Shown here piece by piece: positions 22,385-32,091 of a stretch of 64,000 nt of DNA. The stretch lies in assembly GCA_963575745.1 (NCBI GenBank), contig CAUYUJ010000001.1, positions 248,001 to 312,000 on the forward strand, given 5' to 3'. The notes beneath the pieces were generated by a model. The model was not told where the DNA came from, searched no databases, and saw only the letters and a list, made by a program, of their open reading frames with translations. The stretch is from Prorocentrum cordatum. Lineage: Eukaryota. The position numbers and the translations under genes are program-made. The first letter of the stretch is position 1, and every line of letters starts with the position of its first letter.

Positions 22385-22804
22385 CCGCTCCTCCTCCCTT
22401 CTCCTCCTCCTCCTCCTCCTCCTCCTCCTCCTCCTCCCTCCTCCTCCCTCCTCCCTCCTCCCCCTCCTCCCCCTCCTCCCTCCTCCCCCCTCCTCTCCCT
22501 CCTCCCTCCTCCCTCCTCCTCCCTCCTCCTCCTCCCTCCCTCCTCCTCCTCCTCCTCCTCCTCCCTCCTCCTCCTCCTCCTCCTCCTCCTCCTCTCCTCC
22601 TCCTCCTCCTCCTCCTCCCTCCTCCCGCCCCTCCTCCTCATCTTCCTCCCCCTCCTCCTCTCCTCCTCCTCCTCCTCCGTCTCCGTCCTCCGTCCTCCTC
22701 CTCCTCCTCCTCCTCCTCCTCCTCCTCCTCTCCTCCTCCTCCTCCCCCCCTTCCCCCTCCTCCTCCTCCTCCTCCTCCTCCTCCTCCTCCTCCTCCTCCT
22801 CCTC
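22385..22804. repeat. (CCT)n microsatellite; similar CCT/AGG tracts at 3127-3172, 4270-4550, 16690-16890, 19900-20045, 30566-30700, 31335-31690, 34550-34650, 35170-35350 and 50210-50315
   Basis: Directly visible. Confidence 0.95.
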
Positions 22805-23782
22805 CCATTTTGGCTCAAGCGATCGCACGGCCGTCGCCCGCCGCCCGCGCGGCATGGCGGCGCCAAGAGGGGCTTGGGCGGCCCGCGACATCGCGCTCCT
22901 GGTGGAGGCCGCGGTGCGCGGGGCCGCCGAGGCGCGCGCCCCGAGGCGGACGGTGGCGGCAGTCGCCCGCTCGGCCATTTCGGCTGCGCTCTTCCGAGCG
23001 GGCCGCGTGGCGGAGGCGGCGGAGGCTGCTGGGGACGACTCGGAGGTGCGCGACGTGGAACCGGAGCGGCCGCCCTCGGCCGCCAAAGCGGCGCGCAGGC
23101 GCCGCCGTCGCCAGCGCCTTTCGGCGCGGCGGGCGGCGGAGCGCAGCGCGGCGGCTGCGGCGGCGGCGGGCGGAGGCGCTGGGGGCCCAGCTGCTCCTCC
23201 GGGGGCCGGTGCGCCGGTGGTTGCTGGTTCGGGGCCTGCGGGGCCCGCGGTCGGCGACGTGGCGGACTCGGACATGGATGACAGCTGGGCGGACGGGCTG
23301 CGGCGGGGGGCGGAGCCGGCTCGTGAAGCCGGCGGAGCTCCTGCGGCGGCCGCGGGCGCTGCGCGGCGCGTGGCCCCTCGCCTCGAGTCGGGCGGCTCGG
23401 CGGGGTCGCGCGCCTCTGCTGGGGAGGCTGCAGGGCTGGAGCTGGCGGCGGCGACGCCGCAGGCTGAGGCCCCTTCCGACCCCTTCTCGGCCGAGGAGCT
23501 GGCCTTGATGGCGAAGGCCGTGGACTGCGGCATGGCGCCGCCCTCGGTGGTGGCCGCGGTGGCGGCGGCACGCGGTGCTCCTCGGCACGCCCCTCAAGGA
23601 CGCGGACTCGGTCGGGGAGGGCAGCGGCCTCCCCGTTGTACATAGCCGCTATAGGCCACTTCCGTCGCCTGCGTCGTGGTGCACTGTAGCGGTTCTGTTC
23701 TGAGTTTGGGCCTTTCCCCCCGCTGTAGAGGTCCAGACGTATGAATGTAGCGGAGCTGGGCGTGGAGCTCAAAAAAAAAAAA
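22805..23782 (+). mobile_element. Retroposed trans-spliced mRNA or non-autonomous retroelement: SL relic + intronless ORF + 3' UTR + poly(A)
   Basis: Exact CCATTTTGGCTCAAG at 22805-22819, ATG at 22854, stop at 23645 and A12 at 23771-23782. Flanked by CCT/CTT tracts. Confidence 0.8.
22854..23645 (+). CDS. 263-aa Ala/Arg-rich hypothetical protein
   Basis: First ATG after the SL relic. Twice-repeated helical motif (IALLVEAAVRG..APRRTVAAVA / LALMAKAVDCG.APPSVVAAVA). Confidence 0.55.
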   Translation: MAAPRGAWAARDIALLVEAAVRGAAEARAPRRTVAAVARSAISAALFRAGRVAEAAEAAGDDSEVRDVEPERPPSAAKAARRRRRRQRLSARRAAERSAAAAAAAGGGAGGPAAPPGAGAPVVAGSGPAGPAVGDVADSDMDDSWADGLRRGAEPAREAGGAPAAAAGAARRVAPRLESGGSAGSRASAGEAAGLELAAATPQAEAPSDPFSAEELALMAKAVDCGMAPPSVVAAVAAARGAPRHAPQGRGLGRGGQRPPRCT

Positions 23783-23959
23783 TTCTCTTCTTCTTCCTCC
23801 TCCTCCTCCTCCTCCTCTCAAGCAACTTGGGCTCGAGCATGTTGCTGGAGTCCATCCCTCTGGGCTTCCGCGCAGCGCTTGGGGGATTAGACTTCGGTGC
23901 ATGCCAGCGCACTGTTGTCTCAACTAACACAGAGGGTTAGTACAAAATTCGCTGCAGCC

Positions 23960-25080
23960 ATGACGGGTACCACGCAGCAGCAGCTCTGGCCCAGGTGCCC
24001 AGGATGCAAGCGTTGTGAGTGGAACAGCATCTTGGCAGGCAATGGCTGTTATTGCCAGCACTGCAACAAACCCGTGACGTTGTTCATGGGCATGAAGAAG
24101 GTGCAGTTCAGTGACGACACATTCTATGATTGTGATGACGGCATGGGAGGTGGTGGTCAGCTGCAGGCGCTTCTCCCGCCAGGCATCCTCAACGGCCGAC
24201 GAGGTGCGCCGCCTGGCAGGGGCAAGGGCGGTCGATGGGGCCCCGCCCAGCGCAGCCCAGCTCCTCCAGCAGGCGGCGGCGGCCACGGGCCACCAGCAGG
24301 TGCAGCAGGCGTTGCAGGCGCAGATCGCGCTCCTGGAGCAGGAGGCCGCGGCGGGCGCCAAGGCTCAGGAGAGCAAAGCCGGCGCCATACGGCGTGCGGA
24401 GGGCGCTTGGCGCAACGCCGAGCACCTCCACCAGCAGGCGGTGCAGAGCGTCCTTCGCCTCCGCGGCAATCTGGCAGCGGCGGAGGGGAAGGAGCAGCAG
24501 GCCGCCCTGGCGCTTGCGCAGGCAAAAGAGGCCAAGCGCAGCGCTGCGGTGGCTCACGCGCAGGCGGCAGGTATCCAACCTCCGCCATCGCAGGGTGGCC
24601 CACTGTTCCAGGTGCAGTGGGGCGACAAGTTTTTCGACACGATCGACGAGCTGGAGCCGTCCGAGGGCGAGAAGACGGCCCTGCAGGCGCTCCAGAAGCA
24701 GTTGCAGGGCGTGAAGACGCAAATGAAGGAGAAGGACGCCGAGGTGCAGAAGTGGCTGCAGCAGCTCCAGGAGCAGCAGGCGGCGCTGACGGAGCGCATG
24801 GCCAAGAAGCGGCGCAGCACCAGCGACGGTGCCGCACCAGGCGGCGGCGGCGGCCCCCTCCACGCAGGAGGGGCAGGCGGCTGGCGGCGGGGGTGGGGCA
24901 TCGGCGGGCTCAGACACGGCGGCGGCTGCAGCGGCTTCTGAGGATCAGAAGAAGGACGAGGAGCATCAGGCCAAGATGAAGGAGGCTGCCGAGCGCATTT
25001 CACGTGCGAAGTTCGAGGCGGAGCAGCTCAAAGCGAAGTCCAAGGGGAGGGGCGACGCCGCGAGTGGTGCTGCAGCTTGA
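23960..25080 (+). pseudogene. LINE ORF1 (N-terminal CxxC...CxxC zinc ribbon and long Gln/Ala coiled coil); 2 frameshifts (about 24240 and 24895)
   Basis: CPGC...CQHC, then QQVQQALQAQIALLEQ...LQKQLQGVKTQMKEKD, then a terminal segment ending AASGAAA-TGA at 25078-25080. Confidence 0.75.
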
Positions 25081-28000
25081 CTAGATGTAGCAGGTTCGCC
25101 TTCTCCCGCACAAGAGAAGGCAGGGGGGTCTGACCATGATATTGCCAGGTTATTCTATGCGAATATCACTATGCTGTCAGACAAGTCGTGGAAGTACATC
25201 AGTGCTCGAGCTGGTCAATATGAATTTTGGGGCCTCGTCGAGACTCACGTTCACAAAGAGTCGGAGATACGAGATTGGTCAGCTAAAGCTCGTGCGTGCA
25301 AACTGAGACTGCACCGCAACGCGGCTCGACCTACGAACAAAGTTGTGGCTGCAAAGGCTGAGGGGCGCTCCAACGAACGGGGCGAAATCATGCTGGCGCA
25401 GCGACATTTACAGATGCATGTCCTCCAGGAAGCCAAGATAGCGTCTCCTCACCTTCGAGAAGGTCGGCATAAGGCGCTCGACGGCTTCCTGCCCACTGTC
25501 ATCCACATGGCTGGATATTCTTGTCAAATTATTTTGTTGTATGGTCACCCGAACATCGGCATGCGGTCCAAGAACAGCGCCCGCTTTCACCGGATCGGTG
25601 CATTAGTACAGTCAGTCAAGATGCCATGGGTGATCATCGGCGATTTCAACATGTCGCCGAAGGTTCTCGAGCAGTCCAACTTCGTGGCCAAGATTTACGG
25701 GGTTGTGCGCGCGGCCCCGAACATCGAGGGCACTTGCTCGCAAAGAAAAGGTCCATACACCATGCTTGATTACATAGTAATGAGTGAGTCTGCAGTGCCG
25801 TTCGTGCGTGACATTTCTGCTGTCAAAGATGTTCCGTGGAAGCCTCATTGTGCACTTGTGGTGAACTTACGCTCCTCCGCCCTCCAGCTGATGACTCGTG
25901 TTCTAGAGCTTCCAGCGAAGCTGCCGCAATGTCCTCGGCCTCGGGCGGAGCCCAAGGAAGGCTCCAAGTCCCAGAGACAGAAAACGAATTTGCAGTTTGC
26001 TCGTGCGGAGGCTCTTGCTCGTCGCAGGGAAAAGTTCCGCACCCTCTTTGGGGATCTCCTCGAAGATCGGAGCCCTCAGCCTCATCAGCCGTCCGAGGGC
26101 CTGGTGGCCCCTGCTCTCCCCGAGGCTCCCGATCCCGAGGAGGTTGAATTCGAGTTTGGCGATGAGGAGGACCGATGAGCCCAACTTCTGTGCTGACCCG
26201 TCATCTTTTGCTGCTGCTCATGCTGAGCCTGCTGCTCCTGCTTTCCCCTCCCCGCCAGAGGCCCCCGTCTGCTGGCCTAGTGGTGAGGTGAACGGCACAG
26301 CGGTGAACAGCGCTCAGAGGGCGCAGGTTTTGATCATGAGCTCCCAGGCGGGCGGACCCCCCATCGATTCGGGTGTGGGGTCTGCCAGCCTTTCTTCGAA
26401 TTCAAGTAGCGTTTCAACCAATCCTGAAGTCAGGCAGTCTTTAAACGTGGGGGCCCAGAAGTTTCAAGTCCAGCCCCTGGGGGGCCCCCTCCTGAGACCG
26501 TTAACTTTTATGTCCCAGACCAGCTGTGGCACGATTGTCGGGCCCAGGTGGGCTTCACCCCAGGGGCTCCCCCTGTCTCCTCGGTCTCTCCCCCGCTGCT
26601 GTCCCCCGTAGCCTTTTCGCTCGCGCGAGAAAGTTGCACAATTGTTTCGGGAATGCACGCTTCGTGGGCCGAGACCGCGGGGAGAGCGATCTTACACCAT
26701 CATGGGCTGCAGTCAGCAGCGGCATCTACTTCGGTTTCACGCGCCAGTGGGCCCAAATTTACGGTGAAGCCGCTGCGGCAGGCCCAACGCACCCGTGATG
26801 TGCCTCTGCGTGATCATAAGGCGCAACGGTGGACGCGTGTCCACACCGTTTTACAGGGCATGCATCGTCATCGGGCCAGGAGCAATGGCCCTAAGCAGAT
26901 CGTGCAGTACATCGTAGCGTGCAGTTGTCTTGTTGGGTGCAGGCCTGCGGGAGTGCATGCACTTCTTCGTGAGGGTCGCGACCCACCATGGCAGCAGGTG
27001 CTACACGTAGTGAATCAGCCGTGCCAGCTTGCGCCCCCCCCTCCCTGGACCGTTCGTCGACATTGCCAGAAAGGGGCAAAGATCGAGCGCAGCGGGCTGC
27101 GGTACGTAATTCCTTGGAAGAGTTCAAGTCGTGGGTTGTTCAGCCGTCGGCGTTGGGGGTCCTTCACAGATCTCTCAAGCCGCAACCGCTCCCCCCGAAT
27201 GAGGTCTTGGACAACAGTAACAATGTAGTGTTTCATCCCCGTGATATTATGGATTGCAAGCGACGGGCTTACCAGAAGTTGTGGGCACCCAAGGCAATCG
27301 ATCGAGCAGGTGCAGTGGAGCTTTTTCGTCAAATCAAGCAGGCTGCTCAGTTGGAACCGATGGAGTCAAATACGGCAGCAGACATGTATCATGCTTCGGG
27401 GAAGATGAACCCCCGAGCGGGCTTAGGCGTAGATATGTTCACACCGCTGGACTATCAACATTTGCCGATTGCAGCAGTATGTGAGTTGGCCTTGCTATTG
27501 AATACAGTGGAACAGCAGCTCGCATGGCCCGTCCAGACCATGCTCATTATGTGCCGTCTCATTCCAAAGAAGGTCGACACCAAGGACAGGGCCATCGGGC
27601 TCGTCTCAATGTTGGGGCGCTTGTGGTCGCTTACCAGAGAACCACATGTGCAAGATTGGTCTAAGAACCACACGGAGGCGTGGGATGCGGCGGCGGCTGG
27701 CAACTCATGCCGCAGGGAGGCCTACCTCAGGGCCATCGATGAGGAGCTGGCGCACACCATGGGAATGAATTGTGGGCATGCGTTGACGGACGTCCAGGAG
27801 TTCTACGATTCCATCCCATGACACTTGCTTGCCAGAGCAGCGTTGGGATTACCATTTCCTCCAGTCATTTTATATCTGGAACTTCTGCAGTGTATTGTTT
27901 GTCGGGCTCTATTGCAGGACGGTGCTGCGACGGGTCCAATTGAACCATCCCACTCGGTGGTTCAAGGATTAAGAAGTGGCACCAGATTCGCACGCATCAT

Positions 28001-30442
28001 GACACACGTCGTCATGCACAAAGTCGCCCAAGCGAGCCCCCACATGGGGCATCGCTTGTGGGTTGACGGTGTATCTCAAAAAGTAGTGGGCTCACGGCAA
28101 GACGTGGTGCACAGTCTCATCAGATGCATTGTGAATACGTGTCGTGAGCTTGCTGAACAGAGGTTGAAAGTTTCTCCGAAATCAGTTGTTCTATGCACGC
28201 ATAAGGGGGATGCGGTCAAGATTGTTCGTGCTGTTCGGATTCGGGGCTTTCGGATCCAGGCTGTCCAGCAGGCTCCATACCTCGGCGTCGACTTCAGCTG
28301 TGGTCGGAGAGGAAGAGCCACTCGCACGGACAGAGATCGCAAGCACAAGCAAATGAGTGCAAACATCAAGGGGTTTTTCGCAAGCATCTAAGATATATCA
28401 TCAAATCTCTCGTTTCGAGAAGGCTGGTGGACAACCCGCTGGCGCGTGCGGGTTTCAAATTCACGGCGTGTTTGGCAGCCGCCTCACTGACTGCCGACGA
28501 CGCCTCGCAGGAGCATGTGCAGCACCAGCGGCAGGGAGATGTCTCACCACGTTGTTGGAGTTGAGAGCCCCCCAGGGCGATCCTGCCATCGCGTACCCTG
28601 TTCGGCATATTGATACTTGGCTCACGATATGGCAGGCGCATCCTGGTCTTCGGCGTGGCGTGGCACGTGTGTGGGCGCAGGTGGTCGCATCACTGCAAGG
28701 GGCATCGCCGAAGGACCAGATTAAGAGAGTGCAGGGCCCCATCTCGGCGACGGTGCTTCAGTTGCTCCGTGTTGACTGGCAGCCAACGACACCCTGTGCC
28801 TGGTCCTATCAAGGGGACAAGGGCGCCACGGAGGAGTGGCAGTTTCCAGATCACATCTGGCAATAAGTGGTTGGATACTCATGCTCCTCTTCTGGCGGAT
28901 GTCAGACACACGGCTAGACGGCGGTTGTGGCAACATGCTGAGACTCATTATTGTGGAAGTGGGTTAGCTGGAGGAGTTGACTCAGAATCATGTCGGCTTT
29001 TGCTCAAACAGTTGGGGGCACAGGGTTCTCGACTGGAGGAGGTGATGCTCAATATTGCCACTGGTGGTTTCTGGCCCAAGTTGAGGAAAAAACAGTTTCT
29101 CAAATCATACCGTGGCAACGCCACATGTGACAGGTGTAAGCAATCTGATGAAAGCCCCATGCATAGGGCTTGGATTTGCGACAGGAGCCAGGGCTCCAAG
29201 GCCTACGCGGATTCCGACACGTTCGTGGCACTGGCCTGCGCGCAGGCAGAGGCGGACGAGGGCTTCTGGCTCCGCGGCCTCCTCCCAGCGGGGTGGGTGC
29301 AAGTGCCCAAGCCCTGCCAGGAGGCGACGTGGACGGTTGCAGGTCTCAACTCGTTCGGCGAGGGCGTCTCCGGCGAGGGCACCGCCACCAACCCGCTGTG
29401 GCTGTTCGGCGACGCGTCGGGCGGCAAGTTCACGGCGTCGGAACGCCTGCGGCGTTTGGGCCTGGCGGTGGTCCACATGCGGGGCTACTCGGCGGTGGCC
29501 GCGGTCCGCGGTCCGCTGGCGGGCCCACGGCAGGTCGTGCCGTGTGGCGAGCTCAAGGCGCTGGCCGTGGCACTGTGGGGCTCGCGAGGCGACGTGATCT
29601 ATGTGTCCGACTGCGACGCGGTCGTTGCAGGTTGGTATGCTGGCACTCATTTTCGACCGTCGGGCGAAGACGCTGATCTATGGCGTGAGGTCGGAGTGCT
29701 GGCGCAGGGAAGAAGCATCACGGTGTTGTTCACGCATTCCCATCTAACAGCTGCAGATGTTGCTCAAGGACATGGTGTGTCGGCCCTGGTCGTGGGCAAC
29801 ACTATTGTTGATGAGCTGGCGGGGTTGGCGGCAGTGGAAGCCCAGATACCACAAGCTGACCTCGCCAGAGTACTGCAGCACGAACGACGTGCATATCTAG
29901 TGCGGCTCCGCCTGTTGCGAGCCGCCCTCGACAGCATGAGGGCCACGGAAGAGGCCGAGCGTGAGGTGAGAACCAGCGGCCGTGTGGCCCAGGACCGCCC
30001 TCCTCCTCCCCCTTCTGCTGCTGCTGTCTCTTCTCTCCTCTCCCCCCATTGTCTGTCTGAGTGCAAGCAGAAATGTTCTCGGTGTTTTTCGTCGGCCTCG
30101 AAGGCCAAGATGAAAGACTGGTGGGGCACCGAGTGCCCCCAGTTATTCAATGTCGATGGCGTGATCATGTCTCCTAAGGTAGGTTCTAGAGTGCATGTCA
30201 TGGGGGGCTGGGCCCATGTGTCTCACACTCTGAACGTCCATACTACCCTTGGAGTTTGGTTTTGTAGCCTCTGCGGGGCTATTGCTCAAAAGCAGTTGAG
30301 GTCCCTGGGTGCCCGGTGTCCTGGGCCCCAGAGTTTGACCAAAGCACGACGTGAATGTCTCGATCGGATCGCTGCTAATAAGCAGCCGAAGGTCTTCAGC
30401 CAAGCCGAGCAGAAGGCTAGGCGATCGAGAGCTCTTCCTTAG
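25081..30442 (+). pseudogene. LINE ORF2: APE (about 25141-25870), RT (about 27200-28390), CxxC-H-C finger, RNase H (about 29390-29840) and C-terminal Cys/His fingers; several frameshifts and stops
   Basis: APE: LFYANIT, LVETH, IIGDFN, LDYIV, PWKPH. RT: GLGVD, LIPK..DRAIGL, DVQEFYDSI, VVQG, WVDG, YLGVD. Finger: CDRC..ESPMHRAWIC. RNase H: FGDASGG, GELKA, VSDC, HSH, GNTIVDELA. C-terminus: HVSH..FCSLCG. Confidence 0.92.
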
Positions 30443-30475
30443 TGTGGTCAGAAGTCACTTGCAGTCCGCAACGGG

Positions 30476-30565
30476 GTCCACTCCACTCCACTCCACTCCA
30501 GTCCACTCCACTCCACTCCACTCCACTCCACTCCACTCCACTCCACTCCACTCCACTCCACTCCA
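30476..30565 (+). repeat. (CTCCA)n 3' tail of the LINE (about 18 units)
   Basis: Starts about 34 nt after the ORF2 stop and grades into (CCT)n. Confidence 0.85.
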
Positions 30566-30704
30566 CTCCTCCTCCTCCTCCTCCTCCTCCTCCTCCTCCT
30601 CCTCCCTCCTCCTCCTCCTCCTCCTCCTCCTCCTCCTCCCTCCCCCTCCTCCTCCTCCTCCTCCCCCTCCTCCTCCTCCTCCTCCTCCTCCTCCTCCTCC
30701 TTCA

Positions 30705-32045
30705 ACAATTACACAATATGAAAATACTCTCCCACTTCCCCTTGATGGCGTCCCGAAGATGGCCGACCCCCCCCCCCGCGTACTGTTTTTTTACACACAG
30801 GATTCCCGGGAAACGGGTTTTCGCCTGCGTTTTTTTTCAAAATGCTGCTCTCGCTGAGGCGCCGGCCTCATTTCTGCTCCCGAATCGTTCCGAATCGTGC
30901 TCCCGCTGCAGCGTGGGCCTCATTTTCGGATCGGTGTTTGGCCTCCGTCGTTCAGGATGGCGTTCTCGCCCCAGCGCGGGCCTTCTTCTCGCGCGCCCAT
31001 CCGCCCGCCACCACCGCGTCGCACCACCACCACCACCACCACCACCACCACCACCACCACCACCACCACCACCACCACCACCATCAGCACCACCATCAGC
31101 ACCACCATCAGCACCACCAGCACCACCAGCACCACCAGCACCACCAGCACCAGCACCACAACCACGCACACACGCACGCACGCACGCACGCGCACCACCA
31201 CCCACTACGCACGTGCGCGCGGAGCCACAGGTCCGCTACGACACGCGTCCGCGGATAGAGAAAATCAGCGCCATGGTAAGGGATGGGATGGAGGGGTAGG
31301 ACGTCAGATATGACGCGAGCGCACCTAGCTTGTGTTCCTCCCCCTCCCCCTCCTCCTCCTCCTCCTCCTCCTCCTCCTCCTCCGTCCTCCGTCCTCCGTC
31401 CTCCGTCCTCCGTCCTCCGTCCTCCGTCCTCCGTCCTCCGTCTTCCGTCCTCCTCCTCCTCCTCCTCCTCCCTCCTCTCCTCCTCCCCCTCCCCTCCCCC
31501 TCCCCCCTCCTCCTCCTCCTCCTCCTCCTCCTCTCTCCTCCTCCTCCTCCTCCTCCCTCTCCTCCTCCTCCTCCTCCTCCTCCTCCTCCTCCTCCCTCCT
31601 CTCCCCCCCCCCCTCCTCCCCCCCTCCTCCCTCCTCCTCCTCTCTCCTCCTCCTCCTCCTCCTCCTCCTCCTCCTCCCTTCTCCTCCCCCTCACCGTTCC
31701 TCGATCCTCGCTCCTGAGTCCGCGGCCGAGCCTCAAAGTTCTTCCCAAACACCGTGCCCCGCGCTGGCCCCCAACGGGGGCCTGGGCTTCGTGCTGTGGC
31801 CGTGCAGGTGAATTCTTCTGCGGTCGTTCTGGGCGCCCTCGGGGGCTGGCCCAAGACGCCCTGAGGGGGCTGGCCCTGAGTTGACGAATGAGCAACACGC
31901 ACCCATACCCATAAGGGGGGATGCAGGGGGCTATGGGTGCGTGTTGTCCGATGGGGATCCCCGCTCGAACGGGAGCCTCCCCCAGGGTCTGACAATCCGC
32001 GCCCATACCCATGGCCAGTCCTCCTCCCCCCGACCCTCCTATGGG

Positions 32046-32091
<46 letters not shown>

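Larger units (their letters stand above)
23817..30565 (+). mobile_element. Near full-length LINE with ORF1 and ORF2 (APE-RT-Zn-RNase H-Zn) and a (CTCCA)n tail, inside a (CCT)n tract
   Basis: Domain motifs are listed in the ORF features. Short 3' UTR and pentamer tail; CCT tracts on both sides. Confidence 0.92.

Noticed and set aside
22034..23772. 499-aa and other long overlapping ORFs
   Set aside because: They arise from stop-poor GC-rich and (CCT)n sequence. Only 22854-23645 has SL and poly(A) support.
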